A DNA stretch of 59,955 nucleotides, filler included. It is 6 parts of 6 records of this genome, joined end to end, with 100 filler letters (N's around TTAATTAATTAA, not from the genome) between each part and the next. Parts side by side here need not be neighbours in the genome. Positions count along the whole stretch, not along the records: positions 31,817 to 38,856 come from SRR20825019_667; positions 38,957 to 46,682 come from SRR20825019_673; 4 more parts are not named here. The stretch is one strand, 5' to 3'. Made by a program: the position numbers and the translations under genes. The notes beneath the pieces are model-generated. The model did no database searches and had not been told where the DNA came from. It saw only the letters and a program-made list of their open reading frames with translations. Positions 35,884 through 45,073 of the stretch are shown in pieces (the first letter of the stretch is position 1; every line of letters begins with the position of its first letter).

Positions 35884-38268
35884 TCAGGACCGCGGTTTGG
35901 TCTTTTCCGGATCGTAATGCGGGAAGGCGGTGATTTTGCCCGGCAGGCGCATCATCTGACCATCAAGTTTGCCAATCTCGACCTCGGTGCCGATATCGGC
36001 ATGGGCAATATCAACACGTGCGAGTGCGATGTTTTTGCCCAGGATGGGGGATCGCATCGCGCTGGTGATCTCGCCGATCTGGGCGCGGCCAATATGGATG
36101 CAGTCACCGTGGCTGGCGGCGACATTGCCATCAAGTTCAATGCCGACCAGTTTGCGCGATGGATGTTCCTTGCGCCGGATCAGGGCGTCGCGGCCGATGA
36201 AATCATCTTCCTTGGATTTCAGCGGGACGGTAAAGCCGATCCCGGCTTCGAACGGGTCGGTCTGATCGGAAAATTCGTAATTGGCAAAAATCAGCCCGGC
36301 TTCGATCCGCACCATATCAAGCGCACCAAGCCCCATCGGGGTCAGTTCATGGGGAATGCCAGCTTCCCAGATGGCATCAAAGACCGTGATTGCATCCTTG
36401 GGATGGCACCAGACTTCATAACCAAGTTCGCCCGTATAGCCGGTGCGCGAAACAACAACGGGTGCGCCCTTGGCATCACCGATGCGTCCGATGGTGAATT
36501 TGAACCAGCCGACTTCATCAAGTTTGGGCTGATGCGGGGGTGTCCAGATGACGTCGCGCAGGATATCGCGGCTTTTTGGGCCCTGGACGGCGATGTTGTG
36601 CATCTGATCGGTTGAGGACCGGATCAGGACATGCAGGCCAAGCTTTTCAGCCTGTTCGCGCAGCCAGACACCACTGTAATCATCACCGCAAATCCAGCGG
36701 AAATTATCCTGCCCAAGGCGCAGGAGCGTTCCATCATCAATCATGCCGCCATGAGGATAGCACATGGCGGAATAAACCACCTGACCAATGCCCAGCTTTT
36801 TGACATTGCGCGTCAGGCAATATTGCAAAAGCGTTTCGCTATCAGGCCCGGTGATTTCGAATTTACGCAGGGCGGACAGGTCAATCACCACGGCCTTTTC
36901 CCGACAGGCATAATATTCTTCGATCATGCCAAATCCTGTATATTCGTGGGCCAGCCAGAAGCCTTTATATTCGACGAAATTGCGGGTCAGTTCGCCAAAA
37001 CGGGGATGGAAGGCAGTTTCTTTGGTCATTTTTGCTTCGGCCTCTGCTGTCGGGCGCCAGGCAACGGCATGGGTGAATTTTTCCGTCGCATCGTAGCTTC
37101 GAACATGAATGTCGGTCGGTTTCCAGCCATTGGCGGCAGTAGTGTCATCCGGGCAGGCGGAGGATACACACACCAGATCGGTCATGGCACGGAGCAACAC
37201 GTAATCGCCGGGGCGCGACCATGGCTGATCGGCATACATCACGCCCTGATCATCAATGCTGGTATTGAAAAAGAAATTGATCGCCATCCAGCCGGGACGT
37301 GGATCAACGCCATGTTTGGCAAGGGCGGCATTAAAATTATCGGTACAGTTCACATGCCCCGGATAGCCGATATCATCGTAATATTTTGCCGCACAGGCCA
37401 TGGCAAAGGCATCATGGCGCCCGCAGGTATCCTGAATAACTTCGACCAGCGGGTCCATGTCCTGATCATAGTATTTCGCATGCAGACCGGGCATCGGATA
37501 GGCATGGCCCATCAAGGTCCGGGTGGTGGTGACATCCAGCGGGTTCTGAATGCCGCGATCCAGTTTGCGGGCGTCAAAGCATTGGAAATCAGTGCATTGC
37601 CGACCATCAACATCAAGAATCTGGATGTAGTCACCGGCCTTGATTTCATAAGCCTGCGCGGTGGCGGCATTGATCCGAAGATCAAGTTTGGGATCAGACA
37701 AAGGATCAGGCAGGGCAAAGCTGTAAGGGTCGGTATGACGGGCGCGCGTGATCAGGGCGGTCACCGGACTTGCCGTGTTATGGGCATCAATCTGCATCAA
37801 GGGTGCCGGGGTGGCGATAATGACAAAGCCATCGAGATTTGCGGTTAGCTCGATTGTGGCACCGGCCGGGCTGCTATTGCCAAACAGCCGGAATGCCATG
37901 CAGGTTTCAAGTTGCACATCGCGGCGTTTTAACGTGCGGGCAAAGCGGGTCAGGCTTTCATCAAAGGCGGTGCTAAGAAGTTCCATCAAGCCGCGTGGTG
38001 CCCCGTGCGGCAGACGGTGAAAGATCGACGGACAGGATTTGCCATCCGGATCAAGGGCAATCAGTTCGACCGATTGCATGCCTTCGGCATTGGTCAGAAC
38101 CAGTTGATCGCCTTCGCGTATCGGGATCAGGGCCGCACCCCGACCGGGAATTTCATAGCGTTCGGTATTGCGGGCCATGTCGGTACGCCCGGCATTGAGG
38201 ATGCGACTGGGGCGTGCAGCACGCACAGAATGGGGGTAGGGCGCAGATGCTTGGGCGGGGTTGATCAT
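35884..38268 (-). CDS. tdm: TMAO demethylase (DUF1989 + GcvT domains)
   Basis: GRQCTDF, DTCGRHDAFAMAC, NCTDN, SACPDD followed by DLSALRKF, SRTGYTGELGYE, RIEAG; next to tmm. Confidence 0.9.
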   Translation of the reverse strand: MINPAQASAPYPHSVRAARPSRILNAGRTDMARNTERYEIPGRGAALIPIREGDQLVLTNAEGMQSVELIALDPDGKSCPSIFHRLPHGAPRGLMELLSTAFDESLTRFARTLKRRDVQLETCMAFRLFGNSSPAGATIELTANLDGFVIIATPAPLMQIDAHNTASPVTALITRARHTDPYSFALPDPLSDPKLDLRINAATAQAYEIKAGDYIQILDVDGRQCTDFQCFDARKLDRGIQNPLDVTTTRTLMGHAYPMPGLHAKYYDQDMDPLVEVIQDTCGRHDAFAMACAAKYYDDIGYPGHVNCTDNFNAALAKHGVDPRPGWMAINFFFNTSIDDQGVMYADQPWSRPGDYVLLRAMTDLVCVSSACPDDTTAANGWKPTDIHVRSYDATEKFTHAVAWRPTAEAEAKMTKETAFHPRFGELTRNFVEYKGFWLAHEYTGFGMIEEYYACREKAVVIDLSALRKFEITGPDSETLLQYCLTRNVKKLGIGQVVYSAMCYPHGGMIDDGTLLRLGQDNFRWICGDDYSGVWLREQAEKLGLHVLIRSSTDQMHNIAVQGPKSRDILRDVIWTPPHQPKLDEVGWFKFTIGRIGDAKGAPVVVSRTGYTGELGYEVWCHPKDAITVFDAIWEAGIPHELTPMGLGALDMVRIEAGLIFANYEFSDQTDPFEAGIGFTVPLKSKEDDFIGRDALIRRKEHPSRKLVGIELDGNVAASHGDCIHIGRAQIGEITSAMRSPILGKNIALARVDIAHADIGTEVEIGKLDGQMMRLPGKITAFPHYDPEKTKPRS

Positions 38269-38442
38269 CGTGGCCTCATGCGGTGTATGACTATGGGCCC
38301 TAAGGCAGCGGGGATGGTGGATGTTAGGGTCCAAATGCGTGCGGCGTGCTGCGTGTAGGGGAAGGCCGATCAGTTTTGCAGGCGTTGCGGCATTTTACAC
38401 TCTTTTCGTCCCGATCCTTAATCGCGATTTTCAGAAGAAAGA

Positions 38443-38473
38443 CAGAAAGGCCAGTATGATGCTGGCCTTTCTG
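38443..38473 (-). terminator. Intrinsic terminator after amt/small-protein unit
   Basis: CAGAAAGGCCAG-TATGATG-CTGGCCTTTCTG. Confidence 0.75.
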
Positions 38474-38544
38474 ATTGTGGTTGAAGGGTGTGTTGCCGGT
38501 TGGGTTCAGGGCAGGTTGGCAACACACCCGGACAATCCATCAGA

Positions 38545-38709
38545 TTACATGTCTTTGTATGCTTTGTTCTCATGCATGGCCATCGAAGCAATGGTCCATA
38601 CACAGACGCCAACACCAATCAGCGTGAACAGAACAAGAAGGGCCGGTTTGTCAGCAAAGGTGAAATAGGCCTCTGCACCTTCCCAGCTTGTAAGCGGAGC
38701 TGTATTCAT
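38545..38709 (-). CDS. Small single-TM membrane protein (54 aa, not in ORF track)
   Basis: AAGGA RBS; MNTAPLTSWEGAEAYFTFADKPALLVLFTLIGVGVCVWTIASMAMHENKAYKDM*. Confidence 0.8.
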   Translation of the reverse strand: MNTAPLTSWEGAEAYFTFADKPALLVLFTLIGVGVCVWTIASMAMHENKAYKDM

Positions 38710-38744
38710 TTTTCAGTTTCCTTGTCTAAAAGTTCAGAACAAGA

Positions 38745-38856
38745 TTACTCAGCCGGGGTCGGCGAAGTAGGATCGTTGGCAAACGCAGCCGGAACAGTGC
38801 TTTCCGGATAGGCGCTTGTCGGAACTTCGGCGATGTCCAGACCGGCAATCTCTGCT
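38745..38856 (-). CDS. Ammonium transporter (Amt) C-terminal fragment
   Basis: AEIAGLDIAEVPTSAYPE fits the Amt C-terminal ExxGLDxxExxxxAYPE tail. Confidence 0.7.
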
Positions 38857-38956
38857 NNNNNNNNNNNNNNNNNNNNNNNNNNNNNNNNNNNNNNNNNNNN
38901 TTAATTAATTAANNNNNNNNNNNNNNNNNNNNNNNNNNNNNNNNNNNNNNNNNNNN
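38857..38956. other. Artificial contig spacer
   Basis: N-run with TTAATTAATTAA. Confidence 0.99.
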
Positions 38957-39623
38957 GCGACTTGATCTCGTCTTCGTTGGCAAACAGAACGTCGATATGA
39001 TTGTGGACCAGATCGCGGAAGGAATCGCGATGGCGATCAACACAGAATGAATCCGACAGGCTGATGGAAACCTGGCGACCGGCCTCATGGGCAACCTTGG
39101 CCGCCTTAACAAAGGCGTTCTTGGCTTCCGGGCGATCCCAAAGATAGCCTTCCATATAGGTGACTTTGGCGGATTTGATCAGGTCTTCGTCAATATCTTC
39201 CGGGCCAAGCTCGGTGCAGGCACCCAGGAACGTATTCATGGTGCGGTCACCATCCGGGGTGACAAAGATCAGGCAGCGCGCGGTCGGGGAGCCTGCGGTT
39301 GCCGGGGCGGAATTAAATTCGACGCCAGTCGCGCGGATATCGTGGCGGAAAACCTGACCAAGCTGATCGTCACGCACTTTACCAATATAGGCACCCTTGC
39401 CGCCAAGGGCTGCGATGCCTGCCATGGTGTTGCCTGCAGACCCACCAGACATTTCCATGCCAGGACCCATTTCCGCATAGAGGCTGTCTGCTGCTTCTGC
39501 GTCAATCAGGGTCATCGCGTTCTTAACAAGGTTCAGGCGCGTAAGGTCTTCTTCCTTGCAATGAGCAAGGACATCAACAATGGCGTTGCCGATACCAACG
39601 ACGTCGACTGTGGTGTCGTTCAT
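38957..39623 (-). CDS. PfkB-family kinase (adenosine kinase-like), 3' truncated
   Basis: GIGNAIVD, SGGSAGNT, GKVRDDQLG, RTMNTFLGA, EGYLWD, FANEDE. Confidence 0.92.
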
Positions 39624-39797
39624 GTAAATTCATTCCTGCGGTTTGTTCGGTTCGAACGGTACCATTAAAGTCCGGTAAGCCGTTCTGACGGGCCGATCAG
39701 ACAAGTGTAGATGATCGGGCGTTAAAAACTGACTGGCGCGGAGTATATGCATTGCAGATGACGGTGCAAGTGTCGCGACCGTTTCGTGCCCGGTTGT

Positions 39798-39812
39798 TTA
39801 ACCTGTCGTTAA
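39798..39812. promoter_or_regulatory. Candidate CtrA box
   Basis: TTAA-CCTGTCG-TTAA exact TTAA-N7-TTAA. Confidence 0.45.
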
Positions 39813-40146
39813 GATCGCAAAAAACTACAAAAGATGTTTTTTAGATCGCATCCGGGCAAAATTCGATCTGACTCCGGTTTCATTTTCACCCTCTCCGGCA
39901 TTTTGATGTCGGTGAAGAGGGCTTATCGATTCAGCGATGCCGTCAAACCCGCGTAGATCAAGGGTTTGAGCATTATTTAGTTTTCTCTGATGGTGGGGCG
40001 AGAAGATGCGACAGAATCCAGTCAAAAAACCCGAAACAAGACTTAATAGATGATTTTGAAAGGGTAAATTACCCATTTTCGACATCTGTTAGAAACCAAA
40101 CAGACTGGTTTGTTTTATATTAAAGATAATCATGTAAGTCTATTAG

Positions 40147-40162
40147 TGGCAATATAGGTGCA
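40147..40162 (+). promoter_or_regulatory. Candidate sigma-54 promoter
   Basis: TGGCAATATAGGTGCA (GG-N10-GC) in an AT-rich tract. Confidence 0.35.
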
Positions 40163-40287
40163 ATTGATTATTCTAAAATAGCGAAAATAGCTAATTCCAG
40201 GGGAGGGCGCGCTGTTGCGCCACCTTGCGCAAAGGTTTGGTCCTCTAGGGTGAATGTCGGGCAATATCGGCAGATGATCTTGTCGAA

Positions 40288-41346
40288 TCAGGTCATCAAA
40301 TCGGGATAAAGCGGGATCGGTGCGTTGTCGTCGGGACCGCGATCCGTGCTTCTCTCTTTGGATTGTTTGGCGGGTTGGGCGTTGTTAGAAACGGCCTTCG
40401 GATTTGTGGCGTTCTGATCAAGCCGTTCACGCAATTCTTCGATCACGGCCTCAATCCGGGCGCGATGAAGGGGGTCTTCACAGCGTTGAACGAACTGCTC
40501 AAACGCCCCAAGGGCCTTGTCGTCCTGATCAAGCCTCGCATAGAGCGCACCAAGCTGATGCCACAGCCCGTCATGTTCCGGGGCAATCAGCAAACTGTGT
40601 TCAATAACACGGGTTGCCAAAGTCAATTCCCCGGCGCGAAGGGCACGAACCTTGATGTTGTTTTGAAGTCGTAACAAAATATCAATGTCGGTCGAGGGAC
40701 GATAATGCCGGGGTTCAAGTTCGGCATCCAGACCGCTGAACGACTTTAACAGTTCGCGTAATTCCGCCGGGCCAAGTGTAATGCCGCCGTGGAACGGATC
40801 AATCATGCGGCGTTTGCCGTTGGCCTGAACCCGCAACAGGAAATGGCCGGGAAAATCAATTCCCGTGATCATAATCCCGCATCGCTGGGCGGCATGGATA
40901 TAAAGCAGTCCCAAAGCAACCGGCAGGCCACGTTTGCGTTCAATCACCTGCAGCAGATCGGCATTTGAAATATCGTCGTAGTTTTCAGCATCGCCCTGAA
41001 ACCCGTTCCGCTCGGCAATGACAGTCTGGAGGGCTTTGACAACCTGTTCGATGGTTGGTTCGGCCTCTTTGTCATCGACAGGAAGACTGTCGGCATTTGA
41101 AAGGCTGGATAAATCTGGCTGGAGTGTTGCATCCGCAAGTTCACGGCGCAGCTGATCGGCCAGATCATCAAGATGGGCCAAGTAAGGCGCGATGTCGCGT
41201 TTTTGACTGCCATCGGATTGATTAAGCCAAGCAAAATGCAATGCGGCTTCGGCAGCACTGGCATCAGGCTTGAGACCCTTGCAATAGTCGACAAGCCATT
41301 GACGATCCGGATCGGTCGGTGCGGTGATGTGGCTTACGGTACTAAT
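40288..41346 (-). CDS. SirB1/YchA family (transglutaminase-like + TPR); probable ATT start
   Basis: GDAENYDD..NADL.QVIERKRGLPVAL, FPGHFLLR, IDPFHGG, RLQNNIK; frame open upstream of TTG 41241 to ATT 41346. Confidence 0.88.
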   Translation of the reverse strand: MSTVSHITAPTDPDRQWLVDYCKGLKPDASAAEAALHFAWLNQSDGSQKRDIAPYLAHLDDLADQLRRELADATLQPDLSSLSNADSLPVDDKEAEPTIEQVVKALQTVIAERNGFQGDAENYDDISNADLLQVIERKRGLPVALGLLYIHAAQRCGIMITGIDFPGHFLLRVQANGKRRMIDPFHGGITLGPAELRELLKSFSGLDAELEPRHYRPSTDIDILLRLQNNIKVRALRAGELTLATRVIEHSLLIAPEHDGLWHQLGALYARLDQDDKALGAFEQFVQRCEDPLHRARIEAVIEELRERLDQNATNPKAVSNNAQPAKQSKERSTDRGPDDNAPIPLYPDLMT

Positions 41347-41349
41347 GGT

Positions 41350-42012
41350 TCAGGCTCCTTGCCGGTTTGCATCGTCTTTCAGGCGGATATGACTAACCAC
41401 CCGTTTCACATAACTGGTCTCGCGGGCATGTGCGATAACGCGGTCCCGTTCCCGCTCATTCTGGGCGATGCCCATCAAATGCACAGTACCGTTTACGGTC
41501 TCGATGCTGAAATTGATCGCAAATATATCGCCATCAAACATCAAAGCGGCCTTGATCTTGGTGGTGATGACAAGATCACCGGCATTATCCATCAGCGACA
41601 GGCCAGAGCCGACATTCATTTCATTATGCACGCTGCGCACACCATTGACCTGCCAGCTCAGTCTTACAGCTTCAAGTTCGTCAGCAGTAGATTCAACCTG
41701 CCCGGCAAGCAAGACCTCGCCTTCGACGACTTCAATTTCAATATCAAGAAACAGTTTCTCATCTTGTGCGAGAAATTTCTGCCAGATTTCGGCGGTTATG
41801 GCGGAATCACTGACCGCACCATTAAACCCGCGCTCCTGAAGCGCCGCAACACCTGCTGTTGCACCGGCACCGATCACAAAGGATGTGCATCCCGAAAGTG
41901 GCAGGACACAAATCCCGGCCAGTACCAGAGTGCGACATATGCCATATGCGCGGTTGTTTTGACGGCAGCTTTTGGTGCTGTGGTGCCGTTCGATGTCTGA
42001 TCTTGACGACAT
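41350..42012 (-). CDS. Dual BON-domain lipoprotein (DolP/YraP-like)
   Basis: Lipobox LSGC, two BON repeats (D..ITAEI, D..ITTKIK). Confidence 0.9.
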   Translation of the reverse strand: MSSRSDIERHHSTKSCRQNNRAYGICRTLVLAGICVLPLSGCTSFVIGAGATAGVAALQERGFNGAVSDSAITAEIWQKFLAQDEKLFLDIEIEVVEGEVLLAGQVESTADELEAVRLSWQVNGVRSVHNEMNVGSGLSLMDNAGDLVITTKIKAALMFDGDIFAINFSIETVNGTVHLMGIAQNERERDRVIAHARETSYVKRVVSHIRLKDDANRQGA

Positions 42013-42202
42013 ATGCGAATGTCTCGTCCCAATTCCCCCGGTTTCGTATCTTCATCATCGCGGCTGGGGGTTAAGGAGTTTTAAAATCCAAGGCAGTTTA
42101 TCAGCAAAAATGCATTTTTATGCAAAACTTCCCGCCAAGATGCATCCGTAAGGCTCTGCAAAAGGATACGAAGCGGGCGTGGGGACGGAAAACCGGTGAG
42201 GG

Positions 42203-42586
42203 CTAGGTTCTTTGCCAGGCATTGATAAGATGTTCAATCCGGCCCCATTTCCCGACAATCATGAGATCAAGGCGCAAATCGCCCTGATGGCCGATGCGCC
42301 CGGCATAAATTTCAAGTGCGCGGGCAATGCGGTTTTGTTGTTTCGGGCGGACGGAATGTAAGGCGGTGGCGCGATCAGAACGATTCTTTACTTCAATCGC
42401 GGCAATCACGGCACCACGCTTGGCAATGATATCGATTTCCCCCGCCGGACTTTGATAGCGGGTTGCCAGAATGCGATACCCTTTAAGACGCAACCACATC
42501 GCACAGATGGTTTCGGCCCGGCGTCCGGCCTTTTCCGCCCGCTTGCGATTTGATCTGTCATCACTTGGCGGGCGGGATCGCGGCAT
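42203..42586 (-). CDS. yraN: YraN family (UPF0102) nuclease-like protein
   Basis: GRRAE, GEIDIIA, IEVK.R, RLDL. Confidence 0.92.
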   Translation of the reverse strand: MPRSRPPSDDRSNRKRAEKAGRRAETICAMWLRLKGYRILATRYQSPAGEIDIIAKRGAVIAAIEVKNRSDRATALHSVRPKQQNRIARALEIYAGRIGHQGDLRLDLMIVGKWGRIEHLINAWQRT

Positions 42587-42588
42587 GT

Positions 42589-43635
42589 TTATTCCTGATC
42601 CGGTTTGGCCAATTCAAGTGCGCGGTTATAAAGGTCGCGCTTCTTAAGCCCGGTTTCCTTGGCAAGGATATCGGCGGCATCCTTGGTCCGATGGGTTTTG
42701 ATCAGATCCGAAAGCCGCGCATCGATATCTTCGGCGCTTGGTTCATTGTCGGCCTCATTCGCGGGTCCGACAACGACAACAACCTCGCCCTTGGGTGCAC
42801 CAGCTTCGGCGTAATGTGTGCTGAGCTCCTCAAGCGTGCCATTGCGAACCTCTTCAAACATTTTGGTCAGTTCGCGGGTAACGGCGGCTTCGCGTGTTCC
42901 GCCCAGCATTTCGGCCATATCGACCAGGCTGGCCGCAAGGCGCTTGGGGCTTTCAAGGAAAATCAGGCTGCCGGGGATCGGGGCAAAGCGTGCCAGTTCC
43001 TTTTTGCGGGCCATTGTTTTGGGCGGCAAGAATCCGGCATAAAAGAAATGATCACTGGGCAGGCCCGAAAGAATAAGCGCAACAATCGGTGATGCGGCCC
43101 CCGGCGCTGCGGTGACGTTAAAGCCTTCGGCCTTGCAGTCGCGGACCAGTTTATAGCCCGGATCATTGATCAATGGCGTGCCTGCATCGGAAATCAGTGC
43201 GAGTCCCTGACCCTTGCCAAGGCGGTCCATGATTTCCGGGCGCATTTTGGTGGCATTATGTTCGTGATAGGCGATTCGCTTGGTTTTGACCCCGTATCGC
43301 GACAGCAGTTTTCCCGATGTTCGGGTGTCTTCACACAAAATAATATCGGCACGTTTCAGGATTTCGAGTGCTCTGAACGTAATATCGCCCAAATTTCCGA
43401 TTGGAGTAGCAACAAGATAAAGACCAGATGAAAGTGGCAAATGGCTTTGATCATGTTTACTTGCATCCTCGCCCGCATTACCCTGCGTGCCAAATGACTT
43501 ATCGGGAGGTGAGATTGGGTTGTCCGAAACGTCATCCGTTGCAGAAACGGATGCTAAAAGAGGCGCTGCCGCGTCAGGCGTTGCAGAATTTGGATCGGTT
43601 TTCGGCTTGGAGCCGGGTCGCACGCCGGACGGCAT
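42589..43635 (-). CDS. rsmI: 16S rRNA C1402 2'-O-methyltransferase (true start probably downstream of 43635)
   Basis: LYLVATPIGNLGDIT, CEDTR, ISDAGTP, ESPKR, RELTKMFEE. Confidence 0.95.
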   Translation of the reverse strand: MPSGVRPGSKPKTDPNSATPDAAAPLLASVSATDDVSDNPISPPDKSFGTQGNAGEDASKHDQSHLPLSSGLYLVATPIGNLGDITFRALEILKRADIILCEDTRTSGKLLSRYGVKTKRIAYHEHNATKMRPEIMDRLGKGQGLALISDAGTPLINDPGYKLVRDCKAEGFNVTAAPGAASPIVALILSGLPSDHFFYAGFLPPKTMARKKELARFAPIPGSLIFLESPKRLAASLVDMAEMLGGTREAAVTRELTKMFEEVRNGTLEELSTHYAEAGAPKGEVVVVVGPANEADNEPSAEDIDARLSDLIKTHRTKDAADILAKETGLKKRDLYNRALELAKPDQE

Positions 43636-45011
43636 CTGTGTTTGTCCTCTCTATCGGGCTTGCCGCATGTAATGCGACCACGAGTATCACGGACCTTCTG
43701 GGCATGCAACGTGATGGGGCGCCGGTTGAAACTGCCAATCAGCCCGGCACCGATACCGTCGATCCGATGAGCGCACCTGATCAGGGCTTGATCCCTGATG
43801 CCAACCCATGGCCCAGCGAAGCCGCCTTGCCAGAAGGCGAAGGGGCGCAGCTTCCGACCCTATATAACGACGATGCGGCCATTTTTGAAAAACGGGTTGC
43901 CTTGTTGCTTCCGCTATCAGGACAGCATGCCGATTTGGGCAAGGCAATGCGCCAAGCGGCCGAATTGGCAATGTTTGATATTGCCGGTGATGATTTCGTC
44001 CTGATGCCAATTGATACGCAGGGCACCTATCAAGGTGGCCAAAATGCCGCCCGTCAGGCGGTTGATGCCGGGGCGAGAATGATTCTTGGGCCGCTATTTG
44101 CCGATTCGGTTAGCGGTGCAAGCGAAGTTGCCAAATCGGCTAATGTGCCCGTTGTCGCCTTTTCCAATAACCGTCGGGTCGCCGAAAACGGCGTTTGGGT
44201 CAATGGCCTAATCCCCGAAGATCAGATTGCCCGCGCGGTTGGCTATGCCACCAGTCAGGGCCGGTTCCGTTTTGCTGCCTTATTGCCGCAAAATGATTAT
44301 GGTCGCCAGATTTCAGGCACCTTGAATTCTGCGGTTTCGCGGGTTGGTGGATCGTTGGGTCGGGTGGCGTTTTATCAGCCGGGATCAGAAAGCCTGCAGC
44401 AGACCATTCGCGATTTTGCCAATTATGATGCGCGCCGCGCCAATCTGCGTGCCCATAAGGCGCAGCTTGAGGCAGATGGCAGTGCCGGGTCCAAACGCGC
44501 CCTGCGTCGTCTAGAAGGTATAGACACATTTGGCGAGCTTGATTTTGATGCCTTGATCCTGCCGGCCACTGGCGGCGACTTGCGTCAAGTGTCGGCTCTT
44601 CTCGCCTATTTCGATATTGATCCATCGGTTGTGCAGTTCATTGGAACCTTTGGCTGGAACGATCCGGGATTGTTTAGCGAACCGGCTCTTAAGGGCGGGA
44701 TTTTTGCCGCACCCAATCCGGAAAACTGGGACCTGTTTGCCAGCCGGTTTGAACGGACCTTTGCCAAGCAGCCGCCACGCATTTCAAGCCTTGCCTATGA
44801 TAGCACGGCCTTGGCCGCCCTAATGGCGCGCGATGAAAATGCCATGTCACGCGACGCACTGACCAATCCAAATGGGTTTGTCGGGGTGGATGGCATTTTC
44901 AGGCTGACCGTTGATGGCCAGTCTGAACGGGGCTATGCGATCATGAAAATTGGACCGGACGGGGCAAAGGTCGTTGCCCCCGCACCGGCAACGTTTGATC
45001 TGGTCTTCTGA
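43551..45011 (+). CDS. Penicillin-binding protein activator LpoA-like lipoprotein
   Basis: Lipobox LAAC, VALLLPLSG, ILGPLFA, GFVGVDGIFRL; divergent from rsmI. Confidence 0.85.
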   Translation: MLKEALPRQALQNLDRFSAWSRVARRTASVFVLSIGLAACNATTSITDLLGMQRDGAPVETANQPGTDTVDPMSAPDQGLIPDANPWPSEAALPEGEGAQLPTLYNDDAAIFEKRVALLLPLSGQHADLGKAMRQAAELAMFDIAGDDFVLMPIDTQGTYQGGQNAARQAVDAGARMILGPLFADSVSGASEVAKSANVPVVAFSNNRRVAENGVWVNGLIPEDQIARAVGYATSQGRFRFAALLPQNDYGRQISGTLNSAVSRVGGSLGRVAFYQPGSESLQQTIRDFANYDARRANLRAHKAQLEADGSAGSKRALRRLEGIDTFGELDFDALILPATGGDLRQVSALLAYFDIDPSVVQFIGTFGWNDPGLFSEPALKGGIFAAPNPENWDLFASRFERTFAKQPPRISSLAYDSTALAALMARDENAMSRDALTNPNGFVGVDGIFRLTVDGQSERGYAIMKIGPDGAKVVAPAPATFDLVF

Positions 45012-45037
45012 CCATAAAACAAATTGTCTGATGATTT

Positions 45038-45073
45038 AAAAACGCCTGCCGATCATGCTTCGGCGGGCGTTTT
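45038..45073. terminator. Bidirectional terminator lpoA/nth
   Basis: AAAAACGCCTGCCGA...TCGGCGGGCGTTTT. Confidence 0.75.

Noticed and set aside
36631..37848. 405-aa antisense ORF over tdm (similar ones over korA and the glycosyltransferase)
   Set aside because: Antisense mirror of a codon-biased gene; no RBS or family signature
41350..41352. Selenocysteine or stop read-through fusing the BON protein to SirB1
   Set aside because: No evident SECIS-like hairpin or Cys-equivalent context, and the two proteins belong to different compartments; an ATT start explains it better
43428..43635. Head-to-head overlap of rsmI and the lpoA-like ORF
   Set aside because: Most likely over-extended starts; the conserved RsmI core begins near LYLVATPIG and the LpoA signal peptide begins later
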